Source of the DNA: Octopus vulgaris
Lineage: Eukaryota
Direction of reading: 5' to 3'
DNA length: 64,000 nt
Assembly: GCA_951406725.2 (NCBI GenBank)
Contig: OX597821.1
Coordinates: 124,001 to 188,000 of the forward strand
Of the stretch, positions 48,457 through 61,480 are shown one piece after another. A program made the position numbers and the translations under genes. The first letter of the stretch is position 1; each line of letters opens with the position of its first letter. A model generated the notes under the pieces. The model was not told the DNA's origin. It did no database searches and saw only the letters and a list, made by a program, of their open reading frames with translations.

Positions 48457-51400
48457 CTAGTCTTGCCGGGTCTTCTCATGCACAGCATACTTCCATAGGT
48501 CTTGGTCTCTAGTTATTTCCTTGGTGAGACCTAAAGTTCGTAGGTCGTGCTTCACCACTTCGTCCCAGGTTTTCCTGGGTCTACCTCTTCCACAGGTTCC
48601 CTCAACTGCTAGGGTGTAGCACTTTTGCACACAACTATCTTCAGCCATTCTCGTCACATGACCATACCAGCGCAGCCGTCTCTCTTGCACACCACAACTG
48701 ACGCTTCTTAGGTTCAACTTTTCTCTCAAGGTACTTACACTCTGACGATTATGAACACTGACATTACACATCCATCGGAGCATACTGGCTTCATTTCTTG
48801 CGAGCTTACGCATATCCTCAGCAGTCACGGCCCATGTTTCACTACCATGTAGCATGGCTGTACGTACACATGCATCATAAAGTCTGCCTTTTACTCTGAG
48901 CGAGAGGCCTTTTGTCACCAGCAGGGGTAAGAGCTCTCTAAACTTTGCCCAGGCTATTCTTACTCTAGCAGTTACACTTTCAGCACACCCACCCCCGCTA
49001 CTGACTTGGTCTCCTAGGTAGCGGAAGCTATCAACTACTTCTAGTTTGTCTCCCTGGAACGTGGTAGAAGTTGGTCTCTGCACATTTCCAGTGTTTATTT
49101 CTCCTGAGCATCTGCCACATACGAAAACTATCTTCCCAGTTAGCCTATCTTTGACATTGCTGCACCTCTTATGTGTCCATAGCTCACACTTGGTGCACCT
49201 TATAGAGTTTCTACCTACACCTTTTTACAGATCGAGCAGGGCCATCTACCTGAAGTCGTTTGTGGTTGGTCCACCTTCCTACTTATTAGGACTTTGGTTT
49301 TAGCTAGATTGATTCTAAGGCCCTTCGATTCTAATCCTTGTTTCCACACTTGAAACTTCTCCTCCAGTTCTGATAGTGACTCAGCAATTAGAGCAAGGTC
49401 ATCAGCATAGAGGAGCTCCCAGGGGCATCCTGTCTTAAATTCTTCCGTTATTGCCTGGAGGACTATGATAAATAGGAGGGGGCTGAGGACTGAACCTTGG
49501 TGGACCCCAACCTCTACCCGGAATTCTTCACTGTACTCGTTGCCAACCCTCACCTTACTAGCAGCGTCTCTGTACATGGCTCGCACAGCTCTCACTAACC
49601 ATTCATCTATCCCTAGTTTCCTCATTGACCACCAGATAAGGGATCGGGGGACCCTGTCAAAGGCTTTCTCCAAGTCAACAAAACCAGGTACAAGGGCCTA
49701 CCTTTGGCTAGGTATTTCTCCTGCAGCTGTCTTACCAGGAATATAGCATCAGTAGTACTTTTCCCTGGCACGAACCCAAACTGTATATCATCTAAGCTAA
49801 CTCTCTCTCTAATTAACTGGGCTATAACCCTCTCCGTAACCTTCATTACCTGATCCAACAGCTTGATGCCCCTGTAGTTATTTGTATCTAGGGCATCGCC
49901 TTTACCTTTGTAGCAGTTGACTATTATGCTGCTACACCAGTCATTGGGTATGACTCCTTCGTGTATCACCTGGTTAACTATACGGGTGACTATGCTATAG
50001 CCGACACTACCAGATATTTTGAGCATCTCTGCAGTAATTCCTGATGGGCCTGGGGCTTTCCCTGTCTTCATGCTTCTAATTGCCTTAGCTACCACGGAAC
50101 TATCAACTCGGATAGCTGGTCCCTCTGTTGGGTCAACATTCGGCAGACTCTCTTTATCCCATTCATTTTCCTCATTCAGCAACCTTTCATAGTGGCGTCT
50201 CCAAGCTTCTCTCTTTGCATCCTCATTTAGCGCAAGTGAACCATCCTCCATGCGAACACATTTCTCTCCCACCACATCACGATTCTCTCTCACACACTGT
50301 CTTGCAACACGAAATACCTCAAGTCTTTCATCCTCACGGCGTAGGACATTGGCAAATTTTCTCTTATCTGCTTCCCCTCTGGCTAGATAGACCTGTCTCC
50401 TAGCTTCCCTTCTGGCAGTCTGATACACTTCCCTGCTACCACCGTTCTTCCAGGCCTTCCAAGCCTGTTTCTTTTGTCTAATAGCCCTGTCAACAATATT
50501 GTTCCACCACCACGTTATTTTGGGTCTTAAGGGGACTTTGCACCAGCCACAGATCTGGTCAGCGGCTTTCAGCAGGTTGTCCCTCAGAAACGTCCAGTTG
50601 TCTTCTACCCCATGTGTAGCTATACCTCCTTCCACTTCGTCAAAGGCTTCAAGTAACATATCTCTAAATCTCTGTCCATTCGCAGGGTCTTTAAGCTTCC
50701 AGACCCTTCTTCTCCATGTTGGTCGTCTTCTAGTCGCCCTCTTAGTCCTGATCCTAAAGTCACTAACTAATAGTCTATGTTGTAGGGTACATTCTTCGCC
50801 TGGGAAGGTTTTGGCATTTATAAGCAGCCATCTTTCCCTTTTTCTGGCAAAGATGTAGTCGTTTTGGCTAGTATGCCGGCCCGATCGGTAGGTGACCAGG
50901 TGGCTTGTTGGTTTCCTGAAGTTAGTGTTGCAGACCATAAGACTATTCGCATCGCAGAACTCCAGCAGCCTGGTTCCCTCCTTGTTGCAGGAACCATAAC
51001 CGTAGCCTCCATGTACGCCATGGAAGCCCCCAGCATGTCGTCCAACATGCCCATTGAAATCACCAGCCACAAAGAGAAGGTCCCTGTCGTTCGTCAATGA
51101 GGTGGTCTGCAGTAGGGTGTCATAGAAACTGTCTTTTTGTCCATCAGGTAGCCCTGGCTGAGGGGCATAGGCCGATATAATGGTTGCTAATCTATTATGA
51201 AGCACCATTCTAATCTTAAGTATTCTGTCACTTACTCTGATTACCTCAATTACTCTATCTATCCATTTCTCAGTGATAAGTATACCCATGCCACCAACCC
51301 CGTCAGTGTTCCCTGCCCAGAAAATCTTGTACCTGTGTTCCTTGCCTGTGAGGAACCTAGCAGATCCTCCTCTTCACCTTATTTCTTGCATACAACATAC

Positions 51401-51580
51401 ATCAACACGTCTCCGTTCAAGCATCTCGACTATCTCGCCAGACCTACCTTTCAGTGTGCCAACGTTGAGGGTGCCCACCCTGAGGGTGTGGAAGGTATTG
51501 ACCCGAGAGGCCCAGGGACGGGGAGCAGTGGCGTCATGTACCTGAAAAGAAGAAGAAAACTCGCATTTGGCAGAATTCAT
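48457..51580 (-). pseudogene. RTE ORF (APE endonuclease + reverse transcriptase + internal PHD-type finger) with about 3 lesions
   Basis: One nonsense codon at 51374-51376 and frameshifts near 49685 and 49222; otherwise continuous across ORFs 51374-51586, 49622-51289, 49215-49673 and 48457-49083. Confidence 0.9.
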
Positions 51581-52408
51581 AAGCAAAGCAACGAACTTAA
51601 GTTCAACCTGTTACACTACACTATCATGTTTTTGCGCTGTATGGTCACCACCATATATAGAAGGGGTGGTATTGGTTTAAGGCCTTTAGGTGTTCATGGA
51701 AGAAAAGCAAAGGAAGGCAAGGTGAGATAAGGACTTCCGGTACTGGTGGTGGGGGCGGGAGGGCGGGCGCACCGCGCACTGGGAGAAGACGAGATTTAGG
51801 CAGCAGTAAGAAAGACAAGATTTGAGATGGAAAGGTTTGCGGTTGTGTGCATAAGTTTCTATGAGTGGAAGTTGGGAAAGATGGGTTAGAGAATTAAGCG
51901 ACAAAAAGACCAGATTTGAGACGAGATGTTTTTGCGGTCGTGTGAATAAGTTTTTGTGAGCGAAAGTTTATATGCTTCAGCTAGCATTTGAGACGAAGGA
52001 CAACGATAACGATAATATATGGGGACACAATAATAAGGCTTGATGGTGATAATAATACTTGCAAAAACAATGAAAAGAGGGACAGGTCGTGAACTTAAAT
52101 ATGACTTAGCTGATATTTTTCATCATCCTGCGGTTCGTATTTCGTGTGTTATAGCCAGGAGAGAAGTAATAATAAGGGGCGGTCAAGCCTCGTGCGTAGG
52201 GTTTTATAGGGGAGGGGGTGCGGAGGTGTGAGTAGAAGGCAGAGCGTATTGGCTAAGCCTGTGGCAGCGAGTGAAAGTGAAATATATACAGAGAGAGAGA
52301 CAGCGATAACAGAGGGAGAAAACGACACCGCAGAGAGAGAGAGAGAGAGAGAGAGGGAGGGAGAGAGACATGGTGATAACAGAGGGGCAAAACGACACCG
52401 GGCACTGA

Positions 52409-52772
52409 AAATCAAAATCAAAATCGTAATCTATCAACATCAGGGGAATTTGTAGCTGTGATACCAGTGCCGGTGGCACGTAAGAGAACCATCTGAACGT
52501 GGCTGTAGTCAGCTTCGTCTGGTCTCTGTGCCGGTGGCATGTAAAAATCACCATCCGATCATGGCCGTTTGCCAGCCTCGTCTGGCACCTGTGCCGGTGG
52601 CATGTAAAAAGCACCCACTACACTCACAGAGTGGTTGGCGTTAGGAAGGGCATCCAGCTGTAGAAACACTGCCAGATCAGACTGGGCCTGGTGCAGCCTT
52701 CTGGCTTCCCAGAACCCAGTTGAACCGTCCAACCCATGCTAGCATGGAAAGCGGACGTTAAACGATGATGGT
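52409..52772 (+). mobile_element. RTE 3' UTR/tail fragment abutting the 5' end of the full-length copy
   Basis: Matches 9172-9550; ends (gat)n. Confidence 0.9.
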
Positions 52773-52792
52773 GATATATATATATATATATA

Positions 52793-53125
52793 GCAGGTGG
52801 AGAGGGATTGTGCATGAGGGGACAGCTACTTTTGAGAAATCTCGAGTTACTCATGAGAAAGTAAGGAGGGATGTCAGGAAGGGCATCGCTGTTACACTTC
52901 CAGATGGGAATGGTCTTCCTATGATGCCGACATGCAATGTCTGTGCAAGACCCTGCCTCAGTAAAGCTGGACTCAAGAGTCATCTTCGTAGTCATAAAGC
53001 GAGACAGATGAGTGACAACCTGGCCACTGGTGGTGGCGTAACACACCATACTAATCATATGTGTCAGGCATGTGGAAGAGAGTGTAATTTGGCAGGAGGT
53101 CTTAAACGACATGCAAAGGTACATG
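52793..53125 (+). mobile_element. C-terminal fragment of a different RTE (BovB-like) ORF with two C2H2 motifs
   Basis: RWRGIVHEG..FE..R helix, then CNVC..GLKSHLRSH and CQAC..GLKRHAKVH; no TGEKP linker. Confidence 0.6.
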
Positions 53126-53129
53126 AAGC

Positions 53130-56100
53130 CCTAACGAGCCTGACAGACAGAGAACTATTAGGGAAAAGTCAGCTCTATTCAATTTAAGATCAGAAATAGA
53201 GCTTCTAAAACTTAGGGCCTCCACAAATGAGGAAAAATTTAAAAGCATCGACGAGGAGATGCACAATATAATACAAAAACATACCGAGGGATAACCCCTC
53301 GAAAATACATTAGATCATTGGAAAGATACCTGTGAAAAAGAAGAGAGAAATTCTCTCCTGCACTGGGAAAAAAGCAACGATTTCTTCCAAAGATATAGTT
53401 CAACTTTCAAAAATGAATTGGGTACAGATAATCCCTTCCTTAAGAAAATTACAAAAATTAAAAAAGAAAAACCAAACAACCCAGGAACAACCCCCAACTA
53501 TCCTCCATACACTAGAAACAGAAATCACCCACAACCAACATTTTCAAATCACGCAAGACTTAACAGGGAACAAGCTGACAGACAACGCGTCTATGAAATA
53601 GATTACACCAAAAACAGAACACACCAAGAATATCCTAATACCAGACCCAACCACCATACAGCACAAAACGACACTAGAATAAGAAATACACCACACACAA
53701 GTCGCTACTACCCCATGAACCAAAATTACTGGTCCCCACTGAACACAAGACAAACGCAAAAAAACACTATGTCAAGCAACATCCCACATACAAGCAGTTC
53801 GAAACAAAAATATTTCACATACAGAAATTTTACACACACCACAAACAAAAACAACCATAGATTCCCACACACATACAACAATCGGGGGCAACAATACCAC
53901 CATTCCCCCGACCCAATATCACACAACCTCACAGACAACTCATACAAACAAAATTACACCCAACATTTTTTAGCCAGGGACCAGAGACACCAGGACACAG
54001 GCTGGGACCTGGTAATAAGGAAAAACCGAAGATAATCAACCTTTCAACCAAACCTCTTTCTAACATAAAAATTGACATCCTCTCAAAAGGGCTCAAATTT
54101 ACTCCAACTCCACGCAGAGCCAACCTAAATGAAATCAAGGATAATATAACAGAATTTTGCAGAAAATTAAGACTAGCAGACGCATCAACCAGTTTCAATA
54201 CTGAAGATGAATCACTAGTCAAGAACAAAAGTGAACACATCCCCCACAGAGGAAGAAATAAAGATCTTGACGAGTTCTGCAGCCACATTGAGAACTTTCC
54301 CTACCATACTATACATAAACAGACAGTTAACCCAAATTTTAACACTACACAATGGAAGGAACTGATAGAACTTCAAAATGATGAAGATGTAACCATTAAG
54401 GAAGCAGACAAGGGAAGTGTAGTTGTAATAATGGATACATCATACTATAGAAATCTTGTAATTTCCTTGCTTGATGACGACCTACATTATGAAAAAATTA
54501 CCAACTACACCCCACAAAAAATAATGAAAACTCTATCTTCACTAATTAAAACCCATGAAAAGGAACTAACAACCAAAGAGATTGACTTTCTAACAAACTT
54601 TAAATGCAAACCTAGCCTCTTCTATGGTCTGCCAAAAATTCATAAAAGCCAAATTATAAATGAAACCATTAAAAAATCACCAAAGACATACATACACACA
54701 CCTAACCCGGGGGACCTAAAACTATGACCCATTGTAGCTGGCCCAACCTGTGAAACACACAGACTAAGTCTATTTATGGACATCCTCCTGAAACCCTTCC
54801 TTAAACATATCGATAGCCATATCAGAGATGACTTAGATATGTTAAACCACCTTCCAAAAAAAGCCAAGGAAGAAACAATCATGGTTTCATTTGATGTAGT
54901 TAACTTATATACCAGTATACCTCATAATTATGGACTAGAGGCAATACAGTTCTTGCTGGACCAATTTCCGGAAGAAATACCAAAAAGGATCAGTAAAGAA
55001 TTCATTACTAAATCAATTGAATTCATCCTACATAATAACCACTTCATGTTTGACAATACATTTTACCGTCAAAAATCCGGAATTGCTATGGGTACAAAGG
55101 CAGCACCAGTCATTGCGAACCTAACAATGGGCTACCTGGAAATAATCATTTACCAGGAATCTTTGGAAACCCCCTCTCTCAATACATAAAAGAGAATTGG
55201 AAACGATTGTTTTATACTCTGGAATGAAAACACAGATAAACTCCTAAAATTCAAAAACCTGTTGAACAGCATAAACCCAAATATACAGTTCACAATGGAA
55301 TACAACAAAAAGGAGCTCCCATTCTTGGATATACTAATTAAAAAAATTAACCTTAAAATAGAAACAGACATTTTTTACAAAGCCACAGACGCCAAACAAT
55401 ACCTTCTTTTTGATTCATGCCACCCAAGACACACTAAAACAAATATCCCCTTCAACCTTGCAAGAAGGATATGCACAATAGTGTCAGAACAAAATACCAG
55501 GAACTTTAGACTGCAAGAACTCAAAAACACCCTAATTGACAGACATTACCCAGCTCAACTCATAGAGGATGGGATCAGACGTGCAACAGAAATCAACATA
55601 GAAACTTTAAGAAAAGTTCAACACAACAACACACCTTCCCCGAAAATACTACCTTACATATCCACATACAACCCCAGAAACAAAGAAGCCTTCACCATCA
55701 TCACCCAGAATTTACCAATACTTCATAAGGACCCCAAATTAAAGGAAATTCTAAACATACACCAAATCATTAAAAGCTACAAACAACCTAAATCACTTAA
55801 AAAGATTCTCACAAAGGCAAAATTGTTTTCTGAAATTACGGATGCAAAAGTAAAAAAATGTGGTAGACCGAACTGTGCAACATGTCCAAACCTGCTAGAA
55901 GGATCAGAATTCCTCTTCAAAGAGGGACAGAAATTCAAGATCAAATCTAATTTTACTTGTGCCTCTGAAAACATAATTTATGTCATAAAATGCTCAGGCT
56001 GCCACCAAGACTACGTGGGGTCCACGGGACTATCACTCAGACGTAGATGCACACTGCATCGACAACAGATTGCATTCCCAGAATACAGAATGATACCCTT

Positions 56101-57110
56101 TAGTGAGCACATTGAGAAATGCGCAAAGCAACTACTACCACAATTTTTAATCTTTCCATTCTACCAATGTGCTATCGGAACACCAACACAAATTAGACTA
56201 AACAAGGAAACATTCTTCATTGAAAAATACAATCCCAAACTTAACCATTCCAACATTCTTATACAGAGAAACTCAATCCAAAAGAAAGGCAAATAATTTT
56301 AAGCGATTATCTCCCTTACACCGGAAGAAATCACTTATTATCTAGATCTCCGCTCAATGTAAACATAACGATTTAAGAAATTTCAAAAGCTGAATGCGAA
56401 ACCGGTCATTTCTTCTAAATTATGTCATTGTATGAAAAAAATTTATAACATTCTTCAGACATATTGACTCAAATATATATTTTTTAACCTTTTAAAACAA
56501 GCCTTCTGTAGTTTTTTTACTTTTTACTATTTTCTATATATTCAACCACGTGCTTTCACACCTATATATATATATGAATGAATCAAATTGAGTTGGCTTT
56601 TCTAATCCTTCAATCCTGCTGCCCTGTACCCCTCTCTCCTTCCATGTGACTGGTGTCTGGCCAGCCATGATCTTTCTTGGCCTGACTGCCAGCCACCAAC
56701 ATCTCTTATGTCCGTCTCCTATGTTCCTGCCTTTAGGCTTTCACTTCATACACGCCAGCTGAATTTGATTTGTTCTCAGTCGAAAGACACCTGTTGTTAC
56801 ATTCTTGTTGGTTGTATTTGGAATTGTGTATCATGTTCTCTGTTTTTTATCTTTTTATGGTATACACATTCACTAGCTGCTTAGAGAAAAATCTAATTCT
56901 CTGAGCTTAGACATTTTGGTGGGCAACCAATTCAAACTGTCTTAAGTGTAACTGTCCGAAATCGTAAGGACAACGGTAAGAAAGAAGGCCACGAATTACT
57001 TGCCCTTTTTTCCCCTGTCCTTCTAATTGTTGTTTCTCTTGTCTGCCTTTGTATCATCTATGTAACCAAATGTTTTATTGTCCTCTATTGCGTTTTTGTT
57101 CCATTTTTAT
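53130..57110 (+). mobile_element. Penelope-like element, near full length, defective (RT + GIY-YIG + 3' pLTR)
   Basis: IKEADKG, FYGLPKIHK, SFDVVNLYTSIP, GIAMGT, IQFTME, LPFLD, SCHP, NIIYVIKC..YVGST; YxDD deleted near 55205; hammerhead-like motif about 80 bp after the stop codon. Confidence 0.93.
56375..56414 (+). ncRNA. Degenerate hammerhead motif in the Penelope pLTR (U3-A8, G5C)
   Basis: aagaaat-TTCAAAA-gc-tgaat-gc-GAAA-CCGG-TC-atttctt; 7-bp stem I. Confidence 0.6.
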
Positions 57111-57117
57111 ATATACA

Positions 57118-57164
<47 letters not shown>

Positions 57165-57578
57165 CTCTGGGAGCATGATCGTTGCCAGAGCAACAAGCTG
57201 GCCTCTGTGTCAATGGCATGTAAAAAACACCATTCGAGTGTGATCGTTACCTGTGTCGTCTCACTTGTGCTGGTGGCACGTGAAAAAACATTCGAGCGAG
57301 GTCATTGCCAGTGCCACTGGACTGGCTCCTGTGCAGGTGGCACAGAAAAACCACCATTTGAGTGCGGCCATTGCCAGTACCACTTGACTGGCCCTCGTGC
57401 CAGTGGCACGTAAAAGCACCCACTACACTCTCGGAGTGGTTGGCGTTAGGAAGGTCATCCAGCTGTAGAAACTCTGCCAGATCAGATTGGAGTCTGGTGC
57501 AGACATCTGGTTCGCCAGACCTCAGTCAAATCATCTAACCCATACTAGCATGGAAAGCTGACGTTAAACGATGATGAT
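57165..57578 (+). mobile_element. RTE 3' UTR/tail fragment
   Basis: aaaagcacccactacactctcggagtggttggcgttagg..catggaaagc..(gat)n. Confidence 0.9.
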
Positions 57579-57813
57579 TATATATACATATATATATATA
57601 TATGTTTTTGTCATAATATATGGATTCAAAACCTAGCTTAAATTCTGCATTATTTTGAATGATGCTTTTGTGATTTATTTATTATTTATTATTAAATATA
57701 ATAATATAAATTATTTACATGTTTTTAAGTTATGAAACAAATTGTTGGGATATTTGAATTTTTTTATTTTTAATTAAAATTACATCAAACTACTTCTCCG
57801 TCATTTATGACTT

Positions 57814-57862
<49 letters not shown>

Positions 57863-58243
57863 TCAGAGTCCTTGAATAATTTGGATGAGACAAGTGAGGA
57901 GAATTTTGTTCAGATAATTGATTTGGTCATTAACAAATCAGACTGAACATAACCACAAAAAAAAAAAAAAGAAAGACTATGTGCATCAAGTCTTTACATC
58001 ATTCAGTCAATAAACTGTTGTACTTGGGTACAATTTTTGTGTTTTTGAGGTGTAGAAATGTTTTCTTATCTCAGAGAGTGGTGTTAACCTCTACCTGTTT
58101 CACTAACTGTACTAGTTTCTTTCACATATCCATAGTATTCTGTCTTTCCTCTGGGTATATATTTTCTGTGTCTGAATTTTTCATTCAATGTCTGTGGTCA
58201 GAAATCTCATCTTTCATATATTAGCATTGTATTGTTGCTTATA

Positions 58244-58267
58244 CTTTACTCTCTTTATATATTTCAG
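58244..58267 (+). promoter_or_regulatory. Probable 3' splice acceptor for the ZNF coding exon
   Basis: Pyrimidine-rich ctttactctctttatatatttCAG|G about 190 bp upstream of the ATG. Confidence 0.5.
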
Positions 58268-58454
58268 GGTATTTGATGACATTGAGATCTTGAAGACTAA
58301 ACAATGATATTACGAAGGATATAGGAAATATTGTTTGACAAAGATCACTTTTGAAGAACCTATATTTTAAAAGAAGATATTTGGGGAAATATTTATCTGT
58401 CGAAAATTACAGAAGTAACGTATTTTTCAATTTTGTGAAGTAAATCCGAAGAAT

Positions 58455-60425
58455 ATGGAAAATGAACTGAGTAAGGGTCAGGTCTGTAATAAAAGGCATC
58501 CTGATAACAATGGTGTTTCTCATCAAACAGAAAAGACACCATTCATGTTAAGTCAACACCAGTCTATTGATACAGATTCCAAATTCTATGATTGTGATAT
58601 TTGTGATGAAAAGTTCTTTACAAATGAAAATTTAATTAACCATAGATGTTTTCATACAAGAGAAAAACCATACCATTGTGATATTTGTGGTAAAACATTC
58701 CTTCTAAAGAAGAGTTTATTGAGCCATAAACGTAGTCACACAGGAGAGAAGCCATACAGTTGTAATATATGTGGTCGGAAGTACAGTGTTAAATTTTCTT
58801 TGACTGTACATAAACGTATTCATACAGGCGAAAAACCATATCAGTGTGATATTTGTGGTAATGCATTCTCTGTCAGTAGTTCAGTTATAACACATAAACT
58901 TATACACACTGGCCAAAAACCATGCCACTGTGATATTTGTGGTAAAGCATTCTCTAAAGATAACTATTTATTGATACATAAACGTGTCCACACAGGAGAA
59001 AAGCCATATCATTGCGACATCTGTGGTAAAACTTTCTCTGTTAAAAGTTCCTTAACTGTACACAGACGCATTCATACAGGAGAAAGACCATACAAGTGTG
59101 ATATCTGTGATAAAACTTTCACTTGTCGTAGTCTGTTATCAGTTCACAAATTTACTCATACAGATAAGAAGCCATACAAGTGTGATGTTTGTGATAAAGC
59201 ATTCAGTATGAATTGCCATTTATCTAAACACAAATGTATTCACACAGGCGAGAAACCATGCCACTGTCATATTTGTGGTCAGACGTTTTCACAGAATTCT
59301 AATTTAATGGCTCATAAGCGTATTCATACAGGAGAAAAACCGTATCACTGTGATATTTGTGGTAAAATGTTCTTTACAAATGAAAATTTATCTAACCACA
59401 AATATATACACACAGGGGAAAAACGATATCACTGTGATATTTGTGGTAAAGCATTCTCCCAAAGAGGTAATTTAAAGACCCATGAACTTCTTCATTTAGG
59501 AGAAAAACCTTATCACTGTGATATATGTGGTAAAAATTTCTCTACCAAAGATTATTTATCTAATCACAAACGGACTCACACAGGTGTAAAAACCTGTCAT
59601 TGCAATATTTGTGGTAAATCATTCTCTGACAGTAGTTATTTATCGATCCATAATCGTATTCATACAGGTGAGAAACCATATAAATGTGACATTTGTGGTA
59701 AATCATTCACTGTAAGTGGTTATTTAACTAAACACAAACGTGTTCATACAGGAGAGAAACCTTATCGTTGCAATACCTGTGGTGGGACATACTCCAATAC
59801 TTCAACTTTATTGGCCCATAAACGCATTCACACAGGTGAAAAACCATACTGCTGTGATATTTGTGGTAAAAGTTTCACTGTAAGTGGATCTTTATCCAAA
59901 CATAAGCGTATTCATACAGGAGAAAAACCATATCACTGTGATATATGTGGTAAAGCCTTCACTAATAATAGTTCTGTGCATTCTCATAAACGTATTCACA
60001 CTGGAGAGAAGCCATATCATTGTGATATTTGTGGTAAATCATTCAGTGCTAGCATTACATTAACTATGCACCAAACAATTCACACAGGAGAGAAACCACA
60101 TGACTGCGATCTATGTGGTAAAGCATTCTCGCGATCTTGTAATTTATCGAGACATAAACGTCTTCATACAGGAGATAAACTGTATCATTGTGATTCATGT
60201 GAAAAAACATTCGTTTCTAATCCTGATTTAAACACACATAAACGTGTTCATACAGGAGAGAAACCACATCACTGTGATATCTGCAGTAAATCATTCTCTC
60301 AAAATAATCATTTATTGAATCATAGACATATTCACACAGGCGACAAACCTTATCACTGTGATCTTTGTGGTAAAACATTTTCTCAACAAAGTACTTTATC
60401 TGTCCACAAACGTTTACACAAGTGA
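58455..60425 (+). CDS. C2H2 zinc-finger protein, 22 tandem fingers, no recognised effector domain
   Basis: Uninterrupted 656-aa ORF; 22 CxxC..HxxxH repeats with TGEKP linkers. Confidence 0.95.
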   Translation: MENELSKGQVCNKRHPDNNGVSHQTEKTPFMLSQHQSIDTDSKFYDCDICDEKFFTNENLINHRCFHTREKPYHCDICGKTFLLKKSLLSHKRSHTGEKPYSCNICGRKYSVKFSLTVHKRIHTGEKPYQCDICGNAFSVSSSVITHKLIHTGQKPCHCDICGKAFSKDNYLLIHKRVHTGEKPYHCDICGKTFSVKSSLTVHRRIHTGERPYKCDICDKTFTCRSLLSVHKFTHTDKKPYKCDVCDKAFSMNCHLSKHKCIHTGEKPCHCHICGQTFSQNSNLMAHKRIHTGEKPYHCDICGKMFFTNENLSNHKYIHTGEKRYHCDICGKAFSQRGNLKTHELLHLGEKPYHCDICGKNFSTKDYLSNHKRTHTGVKTCHCNICGKSFSDSSYLSIHNRIHTGEKPYKCDICGKSFTVSGYLTKHKRVHTGEKPYRCNTCGGTYSNTSTLLAHKRIHTGEKPYCCDICGKSFTVSGSLSKHKRIHTGEKPYHCDICGKAFTNNSSVHSHKRIHTGEKPYHCDICGKSFSASITLTMHQTIHTGEKPHDCDLCGKAFSRSCNLSRHKRLHTGDKLYHCDSCEKTFVSNPDLNTHKRVHTGEKPHHCDICSKSFSQNNHLLNHRHIHTGDKPYHCDLCGKTFSQQSTLSVHKRLHK

Positions 60426-60846
60426 GAAACCATGTCTCTGATACTTCTGATAGAAAATTGTTGTATCAAGCTTTTGAGAATGGTAACCAAGCAGTTTGTT
60501 GATCCAATGAACACAAATCCTGTTTTCCCTTGTTTGATATTTCTCAGGAACAATTGAAAAAAAGTTTCAGCTTCTTTCTCTAAGTAAATCTCTCCTAATT
60601 AAATCAACCATTATAGAACAGAACTTATTTCCTATATTGTGGCTCAGGTATCTGACCTTGTTGAGTTTCCACAGGAGATGAGACTAATCTTACTTAGAAG
60701 TTCCGACTGCAGTTAATATCTTCCATATGAAGAATTTGAAACACTTGAGTAACTACTGTAAGACATCAGCTCTTAATAAATCTTATTCCACTCTGATTCA
60801 CTGTATTGAGTGAATGCTTAATTGCATTGATATTCATGTTCTTATT

Positions 60847-60889
<43 letters not shown>

Positions 60890-60895
<6 letters not shown>

Positions 60896-61082
60896 ATCCA
60901 AACATGAACAAGCAAGAAAAAACAACGCGTGGACGTGGTGTTATTGGACTCTCAGGAAAGGAAAGAAAAGAGAAGATTTCATGTTTCGAGCAGAGCTCTT
61001 CATCAGAGATATAGAAAAAGTGCAAAGAAGGGAAGATGGAGAAAGAAAATCACCAACGATACACACGCGGTCACATATTGAC
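60890..61082 (-). mobile_element. Second copy of the 200-bp (TA)n-anchored element
   Basis: Homologous to 35010-35222; minus strand CTGATGA-a-gagc-tct-gctc-GAAA-catg at 60975-61010. Confidence 0.7.
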
Positions 61083-61129
61083 TATATATATATATTTATG
61101 AATATGTTATTCAAACATATGTTAGTAAA

Positions 61130-61480
<351 letters not shown>

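Larger units (their letters stand above)
47607..52408 (-). mobile_element. Near full-length RTE LINE (about 4.8 kb) with 5' UTR, single EN-RT ORF, 3' UTR array and (GAT)n tail
   Basis: VGTLNVGTL..CMQEIR EN start through YADD to RPRKTW; about 820-bp 5' UTR with (CT)n; tail at 47607-47628. Confidence 0.95.

Noticed and set aside
53418-54035. 205-aa N/T/H/Q-rich ORF as a host gene
   Set aside because: Lies in the A/C-rich N-terminal region of the Penelope element, directly before its IINLS..LSKGLKF conserved start.
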